A DNA stretch of 64,000 nt, taken from the NCBI GenBank assembly GCA_963795085.1, contig CAWCFX010000001.1, positions 544,001 to 608,000 on the forward strand, in the 5' to 3' direction. The stretch comes from an uncultured Gemmatimonadales bacterium (GTDB lineage: Bacteria > Gemmatimonadota > Gemmatimonadetes > Gemmatimonadales > GWC2-71-9). This document shows, one piece after another, positions 39,631 to 50,144 of the stretch; within the stretch, counting starts at the first letter, position 1; every line of letters begins with the position of its first letter. Position numbers and translations under genes: made by a program. Below the pieces are notes generated by a model, which ran no database searches, was not told the origin of the DNA, and worked only from the letters and a program-made list of their open reading frames with translations.

Positions 39631-40893
39631 ATGACTCGCACCATGGACCGTGCCAGCCGCCCCGGCCTGCTGTTCGCCGCCGGCCTGGCGATCATCGTCG
39701 CGTGCGCCGGCGAGGGCGGACTGGGGCCCGCCGGCGTCAACGGGCCCAGCAAGGCGCTCGGCGTCTGGACGCCGGGTGCGGGGGACACCTGCACCCCGGC
39801 CGTGCACGACCGCTATGTCGCGGTCGGACCGGACGGCAAGCTGTACCCCACCTGGCACCCGCCGGTGGACCCGGCGTCGGGCTGTACCTTCGGACATGAA
39901 CACGGGCGCGATCCCCGCGGCTCCGACCTGTACGGCCAGGTCGGACCGATGCCGTTCGGGTATGCCAATGAAGTGCTGGACGTCTGGGACCCCGGCGGCA
40001 TGCGCCACGAAGACCACGTGGGCCACAAGATCGAATGGGAGAACGACGTGGAGTTCCGGCTGGAGGACGGCCTGCCCTCACGGTTCCTGCGGATCAGCTG
40101 CGACGTCCTGACCAAGCTGCACCAGGGCACCCACTCCAGGGACGCGTTCACCAACAACCTGCACGAGCTGGTCTTTCACATCCGGTGCAGCGACCGCACC
40201 GAGCTGCACCTGACCGTGATGACGGCCATCGGCACGCCCGGCGAGTTTGCCCTCTCCTGCGATCATGACACCCGGGTCGCGGTAGGCCCCGCGACCCCGG
40301 CCAACTCCCCCAGCGGCGGCGGCCGGCGGATCCTGCCCGACCGGAGCTGCATTGACCAGTTCATCCTGCGGCCTCCCGGCGTCACCTCCGATTTCAACGC
40401 GGGGGTCCGGGAAAGCTGGCAGGTATCGGCCGGGATCAAGACCGCGAGCGGCGATCATATCGCCTCCATCGGCCCCTATTACCAGGTGCTGTTCCCCAGC
40501 CGCTTCTACGATGCCTCGCTTCCCAACGGGGTGGGCCGGGTCATCGATGTCTGCTACGAGACCGAGACCAACGGCGACGTGGCCCAGGGCGGCGCCTGCG
40601 ACCAGTCCACCGGCAACGGCCAGCTGCAGGGCCTGGCGTTCGACGATCCCCGGGTCGTCTTCAACGGGGCCCGGCGGTTCGTGGACGTCAACAGCATCCG
40701 CCTGGACAACGCCAACGGCAAGGAGGAGTGGTATACGGATCCGTTCGGGCGGAACGGCCGGACCACGGCCTTCCCGGGTTCCATCCGCCAGTTCGTGGCC
40801 GGCGTGAACAATGACCATGGGTTCGATGTGCACGGCCCCGCCATCGGCCAGGCCCGGAACTACGGCGGCAACGGGGTGCACGCCCCCAACTGA
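39631..40893 (+). CDS. Uncharacterised His/Cys-rich lipoprotein
   Basis: IIVAC lipobox. YPTWHP, GCTFGHEHG, HEDHVGHK, HQGTH, NNLHE, C-terminal VHAPN. Confidence 0.75.
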   Translation: MTRTMDRASRPGLLFAAGLAIIVACAGEGGLGPAGVNGPSKALGVWTPGAGDTCTPAVHDRYVAVGPDGKLYPTWHPPVDPASGCTFGHEHGRDPRGSDLYGQVGPMPFGYANEVLDVWDPGGMRHEDHVGHKIEWENDVEFRLEDGLPSRFLRISCDVLTKLHQGTHSRDAFTNNLHELVFHIRCSDRTELHLTVMTAIGTPGEFALSCDHDTRVAVGPATPANSPSGGGRRILPDRSCIDQFILRPPGVTSDFNAGVRESWQVSAGIKTASGDHIASIGPYYQVLFPSRFYDASLPNGVGRVIDVCYETETNGDVAQGGACDQSTGNGQLQGLAFDDPRVVFNGARRFVDVNSIRLDNANGKEEWYTDPFGRNGRTTAFPGSIRQFVAGVNNDHGFDVHGPAIGQARNYGGNGVHAPN

Positions 40894-41008
40894 CGGCGGG
40901 GCCGCGTGGCCGGCGGCGGACCGGGGTCATGATTGAGGGATCGGGCGTCCGGGGGTAGCTTTCACCCCGTTCGCCCGGTCCCTCTTTCCAGATGAGTTCC
41001 CAGGTTTC

Positions 41009-42751
41009 ATGCGCCCGGTGTTGCTGCTGACGTCCCTGTTCGGCTGGGCCCTGCTCTCCCCGGTTGCCGCGCAGGAGAACCCCCGACCCATCCCGCCGGA
41101 AATCCGGCGGATCACCACCGCGATGCGGGCGGGAATTTCCGGCGAGCGCGCCCTGGAGACGGTCGCCTTCGTGGAGCGGCACTGGCGGCTGCCGGGGAAC
41201 ACCGGGTTCAACGCCAGCATCCAGCAGGTGGCCGGGATCCTCGAGCGGGCCGGGTACGTCGCCGAGGAGCGGGCCCGCCCGGGGGAGCGGCTGGTGTACC
41301 GGGTCGAACGGCGGCCCATGGACCGGCTCACCTGGGAGCCCCAGGATGGCTCGCTCGCGATTGCCGGCCAGGCGGCGCCGCTGCTCCGGTTCGCCACGAA
41401 CCGCAACATGCTGGCGATCAACTCGCATTCGACTCCCGCCGGCGGCGTGGAGGCGGAGGTCGTGAACGTCGGCACGGGGCGGCCGGAGGATTGGCAGGGG
41501 AAGGAAGTCCGCGGGAAGATCGTCTATGGCGAGACCTCGGTCGGCCGGCTCTACCGCGAGGCGGTGCTCAACCGGGGGGCCGCCGGGGTGCTGGTCTATG
41601 CCATTCCCGGCTACAACAAGCCGGAACGGAACCGGACCGCGATTCCCTTCGCCACCATTCCGCAGGATACCGCCCGGGCCGGATGGGCGGTCATGCTCTC
41701 CTTCGCCGCGCGGGAATCGCTCCGCCGGGCGCTCGCCCAGGGCCCGGTGACCGTCCGGGTGGAATCAAAGACCCGGCTCTACCGGGCCGATGAGCTGACC
41801 CTGGTGGCCAACGTGCGGGGCAGCGCCGCGCCCAACGAACGCTTCGTCTTCAGCGCCCACCTGCAGGAGCCCGGCGCCAACGACAACGCGACCGGGGTCG
41901 CGACCCTGGCCGAAATCGCCCGGACCTACGCTGAACTGGCCCGAACCGGGGAAGTGGTGCCCCGCCGCACCATCACCTTCATCTGGGGCGACGAGATCCG
42001 GGCCACCGCGCGCTACCTGCAGGAGAACCCTGCCAGATTGGAAGGGGTTCGCTGGGGAATGTCCCTGGACATGGTGGGCGAGAACACCCAGGTTACCGGC
42101 GGCACTTTCCTGATCGAGAAGATGCCCGATCCCTCCGCCGTCTGGACCCGGGGCGAGGATCGGCACACCGAGTGGGGCGGCCAGCCGCTCAAGCCCGACC
42201 AGCTGACGCCGCACTATTTCAACGATTTCGTGCTCAACCGGGCTCTCGACCAGGCGGCCGCCACCGGGTGGGTGGTGCGCACCAACCCGTTTGAAGGGGG
42301 CAGCGACCACACCCCCTTCCTCGACGCGAAGAAGCCCGGCCTCCTGCTCTGGCATTTTACCGACCAGTTCTACCACACCGATGCCGACCGGCTGGATAAG
42401 GTCTCCGCCGAAACCATGGCCAATGTCGGCATCACCGCCGGGGTGGTGGCCGGCGTCCTCGCCTCGGCGGACAGCACCGTGGCGGGATTCATCCTGGGAG
42501 AGACGGAACGGGCGGCGCTGGAGCGCCTGGCTCGCGAGTTCGAGTTGAGCCGGAAGGATATTGCCGGCGGCGGTCGGCTGGACCAGGAGGTCCTCATCCT
42601 GACCACCTGGACGGAATGGTATGTCAACGCGATCCGCGCCGTCAGTGACCTGGAAGCCGGCGGTCCCTCGGCCGGGACGGTGGCGGCCATCGACGCGGCG
42701 GCCGCCGCGGTCCAGCACGCGGGCCTCAACTACGTGGCCCGCCTCCGCTGA
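41009..42751 (+). CDS. Secreted M28-family peptidase with PA-like insert
   Basis: Signal peptide. SAHLQEPGANDNATG, WGDE, LDMVG, GGSDH, YHT. Confidence 0.85.
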   Translation: MRPVLLLTSLFGWALLSPVAAQENPRPIPPEIRRITTAMRAGISGERALETVAFVERHWRLPGNTGFNASIQQVAGILERAGYVAEERARPGERLVYRVERRPMDRLTWEPQDGSLAIAGQAAPLLRFATNRNMLAINSHSTPAGGVEAEVVNVGTGRPEDWQGKEVRGKIVYGETSVGRLYREAVLNRGAAGVLVYAIPGYNKPERNRTAIPFATIPQDTARAGWAVMLSFAARESLRRALAQGPVTVRVESKTRLYRADELTLVANVRGSAAPNERFVFSAHLQEPGANDNATGVATLAEIARTYAELARTGEVVPRRTITFIWGDEIRATARYLQENPARLEGVRWGMSLDMVGENTQVTGGTFLIEKMPDPSAVWTRGEDRHTEWGGQPLKPDQLTPHYFNDFVLNRALDQAAATGWVVRTNPFEGGSDHTPFLDAKKPGLLLWHFTDQFYHTDADRLDKVSAETMANVGITAGVVAGVLASADSTVAGFILGETERAALERLAREFELSRKDIAGGGRLDQEVLILTTWTEWYVNAIRAVSDLEAGGPSAGTVAAIDAAAAAVQHAGLNYVARLR

Positions 42752-42835
42752 TTCACCGATTGACACTGGGACCGGGCGGTCCTGATTTCGCTCACGCTCC
42801 CGAGCACGTCCCGACGCTAGCAAAGGAGAAGTCAT

Positions 42836-43726
42836 ATGGCCGATGTGAAAACCATCCAGGTGCCCCCGATCGAGGGGCGCGGCTATGCCCACCCCGAAGT
42901 ACTGGTTTCCACCCAGTGGGTCGCCGAGCACCTCGACGATCCCACGGTGCGGATCGTCGAATCCGACGAAGACCTCCTGTTGTACGAGACCGGCCACATT
43001 CCCGGCGCTGTCAAGATCGACTGGGTCACCCAGCTCAACGACCCCATCACCCGCGACTACCTGGATCACGCCCAGCTGCAGCGGCTGCTGCGGTCGCTCG
43101 GCGTGAACCAGGACACCACCATGGTGATCTACGGCGACAAGAACAACTGGTGGGCGACCTACACGCTGTGGGTGTTCCGGCTGTTCGGCCTGGAAAAGCT
43201 CCGGATCATGGACGGCGGCCGCGCCCTGTGGGAAAAAGAAGGCCGCCCGATGACGCGGGACGTGCCCCGGCACCCGGAGGGCAACATCACCGTCAATCCG
43301 CGGGACGATGCCCGCATCCGGGCCTTCCGCGACGACGTGCTGGCCCACGTGACGGCGAAGAAGAAGCTGGTGGATGTCCGGAGCCCGGAAGAGTTCCGGG
43401 GCGAACGGATGCACATGCCCGACTATCCCAACGAGGGGGCCCTGCGCGGCGGCCACATCCCGGGCGCCAGGAGCATTCCCTGGGGACGGGCCGTCAATCC
43501 CGACACCCACACCTTCCGCCCCGCGAGCGAGCTCAGGACCATCTACCAGGAAGAGAACGGCCTCCAGCCCGGCGACGATGTCATCGCCTACTGCCGAATC
43601 GGCGAACGGTCTTCCCACTCCTGGTTCGCACTGACCTATTTGCTGGGCTTCGAGAAGGTGCGGAACTACGATGGATCGTGGACCGAATGGGGGAACAGCG
43701 TGCGGGTGCCGATCGAGAAGCCCTGA
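42836..43726 (+). CDS. sseA: Tandem-rhodanese thiosulfate sulfurtransferase
   Basis: RBS AAGGAG. GHIPGA twice, active site [18 protein letters not shown]. Confidence 0.92.
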   Translation: MADVKTIQVPPIEGRGYAHPEVLVSTQWVAEHLDDPTVRIVESDEDLLLYETGHIPGAVKIDWVTQLNDPITRDYLDHAQLQRLLRSLGVNQDTTMVIYGDKNNWWATYTLWVFRLFGLEKLRIMDGGRALWEKEGRPMTRDVPRHPEGNITVNPRDDARIRAFRDDVLAHVTAKKKLVDVRSPEEFRGERMHMPDYPNEGALRGGHIPGARSIPWGRAVNPDTHTFRPASELRTIYQEENGLQPGDDVIAYCRIGERSSHSWFALTYLLGFEKVRNYDGSWTEWGNSVRVPIEKP

Positions 43727-43742
43727 GGGTGAACTGAGTAAA

Positions 43743-43787
43743 GTAAGAGGTGGGAGGTGAGAGGGTCTCTCGCCTCTCACTTTTCAC
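43743..43787. repeat. Heptamer inverted microrepeat between convergent genes, possible bidirectional terminator
   Basis: gtaagag gtgggag gtgagag ... ctctcgc ctctcac ttttcac. Confidence 0.65.
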
Positions 43788-44212
43788 TTCCCCGTCGTCC
43801 CAATCGCCTTCGCCATCCGCTTCACCCGCTGGACCACGGCGCTCAGCCCCTGGGTCCGTGTCATCCCCAGCGCCTCGCCCAGCCTGAGCTCGTCGAGCAG
43901 GTCGTTGGGAATCCGCTCCGCCTCCTCCGCGGTGCCTCCGTTCAGGCCCCGGGCCAGCAGCGAGACGAATCCACGCACCGTCGGCGCCTCCCGGGGTACG
44001 TCGGCGTGGAGCTGGAACTTGCCCTCCTCCACCTCGGCATAGAGAAACACCGGGGTCTGGCACTCGGTCACCCGGTTCACCCCCTGGTCCCGGGCTTCGT
44101 GAAAGCGCTCGGGGAGGGGGGGCAGCCGTTCCGAGAGGTCGAGCAGCATCTCCAGGCGAGTCTGCTGATCGGTACCCTGGAACCGGCGAATGATGGTGTC
44201 GAGGGAAGCCAT
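43784..44212 (-). CDS. sufE: SufE-family sulfur acceptor
   Basis: LPPLPE, RVTECQTPVFL, EAPTVRGF, LGMTRTQGL. Confidence 0.88.
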   Translation of the reverse strand: MASLDTIIRRFQGTDQQTRLEMLLDLSERLPPLPERFHEARDQGVNRVTECQTPVFLYAEVEEGKFQLHADVPREAPTVRGFVSLLARGLNGGTAEEAERIPNDLLDELRLGEALGMTRTQGLSAVVQRVKRMAKAIGTTGK

Positions 44213-44221
44213 CCGTGAAAA

Positions 44222-44566
44222 CTAACCGGGAACCGTCACCGCGATCACCGGGTGCGGGGGCGGATGCCCCTCGCGGAGGGCCTCGCCCTCCCGGAGCATG
44301 CGGGCGACATCCACGCCGCAGTGGGCGGGGGCGAAGCGGTGGAGCAGGGGCGCCGCCTTGTCCAGCTGGGCGGTGACACCGTGGCGATTGCCCCGCTGGT
44401 GGTGGACCCAGGCGCTGGCATACAGGATGAGCCCGTGATAGAACGGGCTCCGGGTCCGGCGCCATTCGAGTTCCAGGGCCTCGTGGCTTTCCCAGAAGGC
44501 CCCGGCGTTGAAGAGTCGGGCCATCTCCAGCAGCGCGGGGGCGGGGGCGGGGGCGCCGTCCTCCAT
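44222..44566 (-). CDS. DUF309 protein
   Basis: LFNAGAFWESHEALELEW..FYHGLI..H. Confidence 0.85.
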   Translation of the reverse strand: MEDGAPAPAPALLEMARLFNAGAFWESHEALELEWRRTRSPFYHGLILYASAWVHHQRGNRHGVTAQLDKAAPLLHRFAPAHCGVDVARMLREGEALREGHPPPHPVIAVTVPG

Positions 44567-45375
44567 CAGTGAGAGCCGAGCCCGTCCGGGTCCGCATCCA
44601 GCAGCGCCGGCACCGTTTCTGCCGCGGCGCTCCGGAGCCGGATATCGGCGACCCGGTCCAGTTCGGTCTCCGCGGGATCCACCACGATGACCGCCGCGCC
44701 CCTTTCCCGGGCCTCGTACACCAGGCCCGCCGCGGGGAACACCGCTCCCCGGGTCCCGATCACCAGGCAGACATCGGCCCGCCGGGCGGCCTCCAGCGCC
44801 AAGGCCATTTCCCGGGCCGGCAGCCGCTCACCGAACCAGACGACATCGGGCCGGAGCAGGCCGGCGCAACCATCGCACCGGGGTAATGCATCTACTGTAG
44901 AACTGTCCACTGGTTGCCGATAATCCATCGTGCCGCCGCAGCGGGTGCACCGGGCCCGGAAAATGGACCCGTGCAGTTGCAGCGGCGGGGTAGGGGAATC
45001 CCCGGTTTTCTCCGCGATCTCCCGAGCCGCACGCTCATGCAGCCCATCCACGTTCTGGGTGACCAGCACGGCACCCGGAGTCCGGCACATCCAGCGGGCC
45101 AGGGCCGTATGGGCCGGGTTGGGCTGGCAGGCGGCCGCGATGTCCCGCCGCCAGGCGTACCACTCCCAGACCAATCGGGGGTCCCGGGCGAACGCCTCGG
45201 GGGTAGCCAATTCCTCGGCCCGGAATGACCGCCAGAGCCCGCTGGAGCCGCGGAAGACCGGCATTCCCGATTCCGCGCTGACGCCGGCACCGGTCAGGAC
45301 CAGGGCGTGGCGGGCGTTCCGAATGAGATTTCTTGCATCGGCCAGCCCAGGCAGGGTGGCCCCGGAGTTGCTCAT
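44566..45375 (-). CDS. cobB: NAD-dependent deacylase (class III sirtuin)
   Basis: TGAGVSAESG, WYAWRR, TQNVDGLH, HGS, CxxC..CxxC, RPDVVWFGE. Confidence 0.9.
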   Translation of the reverse strand: MSNSGATLPGLADARNLIRNARHALVLTGAGVSAESGMPVFRGSSGLWRSFRAEELATPEAFARDPRLVWEWYAWRRDIAAACQPNPAHTALARWMCRTPGAVLVTQNVDGLHERAAREIAEKTGDSPTPPLQLHGSIFRARCTRCGGTMDYRQPVDSSTVDALPRCDGCAGLLRPDVVWFGERLPAREMALALEAARRADVCLVIGTRGAVFPAAGLVYEARERGAAVIVVDPAETELDRVADIRLRSAAAETVPALLDADPDGLGSH

Positions 45376-45515
45376 TGAAGGGTATTCCCAGGTGACAATC
45401 GCTGTCAGCCAATCGGTCGGTCCTGTAAGCTAAAGCTTTGGTAGCATTGCACTAGGCGGTCATCGGGTTATATTGCCGCCTCCTCCTGTCCGCCCAGTTT
45501 CTGGAGATCTCCATC

Positions 45516-46544
45516 GTGCGTATTGTGCGTGACTGGAAGGCCCTGGCCTTCCTTGGGTCAGCTTTTGGCCTTGGTTTGGTGCTGCTTCTTGCATTGGCCC
45601 GCCCCGCGGGCGGCCATGATCATGCCGCAGTTCCTTCGTTCATTCAGCCGGTTTCCACCGCCCCGTTGGGCGATGCGGAAACGGCTTCCTTTGCGGTCCG
45701 GGTGAAGGGTGAGACCATCCCCTACCGGGTCTTCGGCCTCTTCGTCATGCCCGGCGAGCGGGTCCTCCTGGAAATCGCCAAGGACGGCGCCGGCGCCTTC
45801 GAAGTGATTTCCGGGGAAGGGCGGATGGAATCCTCGCCGCCGGACGGCTGGCACTGGACCGCGCCGGCCACCCGCGGCCTCTATCCGATCCAGGTGATCG
45901 ACCATATCAGCCGCGACACCATCACGCTCAATGCCTTCGTGCTGGTCCCCTACCAGCGGCAGGAGACCCTGGACGGCTACCGCATCGGCCGCTACCAGCA
46001 GAGCGGCCTGGCCCACACGGCGGCCTACAAGGTGCCCGACGGCTTCATCGAGGTCACCCGCGAGAACCAGTCCGTCAAGGTCGCGCCCCACTTCACCCTG
46101 TCCCAGTTCGTCGCCAAGCAGTCGAGCGGCTACCCCAAGTACCTGGTCCTGCAGGAGAAGCTGCTGCTCAAGCTGGAGTTGCTGCTCGACTCGGTGCAGG
46201 CGCGCGGCGTCCGGGCGAGCACCTTCCGGGTGATGAGCGGCTACCGCACCCCGTTCTACAACCGGTCCATCGGCAACCGCACCACCTTCAGCCGTCACCT
46301 CTATGGCGACGCCGCCGACATCTATATCGATGAAAATGGCGACGGCTCCATGGACGACCTGAACGGCGACCGGCGCATCAACCGGGAAGACGCCCGCTAC
46401 CTCGCCCGCATCGCCGGCCAGGTGGAAGAGACCTCCGCCTTCAAGCGGTTCCTGGGCGGCATCGGCCTCTACCGGAGCCGGGCCAACCACGGGCCGTTCA
46501 TTCATGTGGACGCGCGGGGGACCGCCACGAGGTGGGAGCAATAG
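45516..46544 (+). CDS. Peptidase M15 (D-Ala-D-Ala carboxypeptidase-like), exported
   Basis: SGYRTP, SRHLYGDAADI, FIHVD. EF-hand-like DENGDG/DLNGD. Confidence 0.85.
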   Translation: MRIVRDWKALAFLGSAFGLGLVLLLALARPAGGHDHAAVPSFIQPVSTAPLGDAETASFAVRVKGETIPYRVFGLFVMPGERVLLEIAKDGAGAFEVISGEGRMESSPPDGWHWTAPATRGLYPIQVIDHISRDTITLNAFVLVPYQRQETLDGYRIGRYQQSGLAHTAAYKVPDGFIEVTRENQSVKVAPHFTLSQFVAKQSSGYPKYLVLQEKLLLKLELLLDSVQARGVRASTFRVMSGYRTPFYNRSIGNRTTFSRHLYGDAADIYIDENGDGSMDDLNGDRRINREDARYLARIAGQVEETSAFKRFLGGIGLYRSRANHGPFIHVDARGTATRWEQ

Positions 46545-46672
46545 AATTGAGGGAATGTTGGAATTGAGGGAATGGGGGAATTGAGGGAATGTTGGAATTG
46601 AGGGAATTTTGGAATTGAAAATTCTCAATTCCCACATTCCCACATTCCCTCAATTCTATTGTTCCCTCAATT
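46543..46672. repeat. AT-rich 8/16-17-mer tandem repeats with inverted copies (GAATTGAGGGAAT / ATTCCCTCAATT)
   Basis: Four GAATTGAGGGAAT units followed by complementary ATTCCC(A/T)CA units, between convergent M15 and icd genes. Confidence 0.9.
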
Positions 46673-47914
<1,242 letters not shown>

Positions 47915-47998
47915 GGATCCTGGTGTCGTTTAAGTGTGGGGAGACAAAGCTAATGGAGGCGGCCGGGAAGGGCACCTGTCGCAAGACAAACACCTCGG

Positions 47999-48330
47999 TC
48001 CTCCGGATTATTCTGCGGGCCATCCCTGCCCGAACACGAAAGCACGAAAAACCAAAACACCACGGGAAAGACAAGCAACCGCTACAGCGGTATTCTGTTC
48101 TTTCTTTTCTTTCCACTTTTGTCGTCCGTGGTTCGTGCTTTCGTGATCCGCAGGGCCAGCTTCAGGGGGATCCTCCGGGATTATTCTGCGGGCCATCCCT
48201 GCCCGAACACGAAAGCACGAAAAACCAAAACACCACGGGAAAGACAAGCAGCCGCTACAGCGGTATTCTGTTCTTTCTTTTCTTTCGACTTTTGTCGTCC
48301 GTGGTTCGTGCTTTCGTGATCCGCAGGGCC
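47999..48330. repeat. Tandem duplication of a ~160-bp hairpin element (47999-48157 and 48171-48330)
   Basis: Near-identical copies. Each has a perfect 14-bp inverted repeat CACGAAAGCACGAA/TTCGTGCTTTCGTG plus inner CCACGG/CCGTGG and GACAA/TTGTC. Confidence 0.95.
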
Positions 48331-48410
48331 GGCCTGTCACGCGAGTCGTTGTGTGGAATTCGTAATTTATCCCTGCGCCGACCGCTTCCCCCCGTTAACT
48401 TTCCCCCTCC

Positions 48411-50144
48411 ATGCCGACCTCCACGCTCGCCGCCGGGGCCGCCCGCGCCATTCAGTCGGCCTTCCTGGCCTACCATGCGCGCTTCATCGCCATCACCCGC
48501 CGGGCCAAAACCCGGTTCGAGGCGCGGGAGTGGCGGGAGGGCCAGGCCGATGCGCTGGAACGCCTCACCCTCTACCGCACCTGCGTGCAGGAGACGGTGA
48601 CGGCGATCGGGGAGATGGTCGGCGGCAACGTGCGGAACGCCTTCTTCTGGCACGAGACCAAGTCCGTCCACGCCCGGCTCAGCGAGCGCCGGCTCGACAC
48701 CGGGCTGGCGCGTACCTTCTTCAACTCCGTCACCCGCCGGATCTTCACCACCGTGGGCGTGGATGCCTCCATCGAGTACCTGGACCAGCTGGCGGAGCCC
48801 GATGTCCGGCGCGACCCGGTCGAGCCGCCCTTCTGGACCTACCGGGGCGGCCGCGGCACCGCCGACCTGCTCACCGACATTTTCTCCGGGCTGCCCTTCC
48901 GCCCCGAGTTCGACGACCAGGTGCGGGATGCCGCGCGGGCCGCGGCGATCATCGACCAGCGGCTCGCCGGCCGCCCCCTGGAAGCCATCGAGGTGCTGCC
49001 GCCCATTTTCTACCGGGGCCGGGTGGCCTACATGGTGGGCCGGGTCCAGGCCGGCGGCGACCCGGTGCCGCTGCTCGTCTCGTTTCTGCATGAGCCGGAA
49101 GGCATCGTCGCCGACGCGGTCCTGATGGACGAGCGGGAAGTCAGCATCGTCTTCAGCTTCACCCGCTCCTACTTTCACGTCGAGGTGGACCGGCCCCAGC
49201 TGACCATCGCCTTCCTCCAGTCCATCATGCCCCGGAAGCCCAGCGATGAACTGTACACCGCGATCGGCTACAACAAGCACGGCAAGACGATGTTCTACCG
49301 CAACCTGGTACGCCACCTCGACGATACCGACGACCAGTTCGAAATCGCCGAAGGAGAACCGGGCCTGGTGATGACCGTGTTCGCGCTGCCCTCGTTCAAC
49401 ACCGTCTTCAAGGTGATCCGCGACCGGTTCGGCCAGCCCAAGAGCACCACCCGGGAGGCGGTCCGCAACCGCTACGAGCTGGTCTTCGTGCACGACCGGG
49501 TAGGCCGGCTGGCCGATGCCCAGGAGTTCGAGTACCTCGAGTTCGCCCGGTCCCGGTTCACGCCGGAGCTGCTGCGGGAACTGGAGACCGAAGCCGCGTC
49601 CAGCCTCCGCATCGAGGGCGACCGGGTCATCATCCGCCATCTCTACACCGAACGCCGGGTTACCCCGCTCAATCTCTATCTCAAGGGCGCCAGTCCCGGC
49701 GCGGCGGTCGAGGCCATCGTGGACTACGGCGCCGCCATCCGGGAGCTGGCGGCCGCCAATATTTTCACCGGCGACATGCTGCTCAAGAATTTCGGCGTCA
49801 CCCGCCAGGGCCGGGTGATCTTCTACGACTACGATGAGCTCTGCCTGCTCACCGAATGCAACTTCCGCGCGATCCCCGAGACCGACGACCCCCTGCTCGA
49901 GATGGCGGCCGACCCCTGGTTCTCGGTCGGCGAGCACGATGTCTTCCCCGAGGAGTTCCGCGCCTTCTTCATCCTCCCCGGCCCGCTGGGCGAGGCGTTC
50001 ATGCACCACCACGCCGACCTGCTGACCCTCGAGTTCTGGCGCGACATGCAGGCCCGCCAGGCCGGCGGCGAACTGCCCGAGGTGCTGCCGTACCGCGAGG
50101 AACGGCGGCTTTCCCACGCCGCGCCCGATGCCGTTTCCCACTGA
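48411..50144 (+). CDS. aceK: Isocitrate dehydrogenase kinase/phosphatase
   Basis: TFFNSVTRR, FSFTRSYF, ELYTAIG..KHGKT, VFKVIRDRF, HDRVGRLAD, GDMLLKNFGV, FYDYDE, DVFPEEF. Confidence 0.95.
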   Translation: MPTSTLAAGAARAIQSAFLAYHARFIAITRRAKTRFEAREWREGQADALERLTLYRTCVQETVTAIGEMVGGNVRNAFFWHETKSVHARLSERRLDTGLARTFFNSVTRRIFTTVGVDASIEYLDQLAEPDVRRDPVEPPFWTYRGGRGTADLLTDIFSGLPFRPEFDDQVRDAARAAAIIDQRLAGRPLEAIEVLPPIFYRGRVAYMVGRVQAGGDPVPLLVSFLHEPEGIVADAVLMDEREVSIVFSFTRSYFHVEVDRPQLTIAFLQSIMPRKPSDELYTAIGYNKHGKTMFYRNLVRHLDDTDDQFEIAEGEPGLVMTVFALPSFNTVFKVIRDRFGQPKSTTREAVRNRYELVFVHDRVGRLADAQEFEYLEFARSRFTPELLRELETEAASSLRIEGDRVIIRHLYTERRVTPLNLYLKGASPGAAVEAIVDYGAAIRELAAANIFTGDMLLKNFGVTRQGRVIFYDYDELCLLTECNFRAIPETDDPLLEMAADPWFSVGEHDVFPEEFRAFFILPGPLGEAFMHHHADLLTLEFWRDMQARQAGGELPEVLPYREERRLSHAAPDAVSH

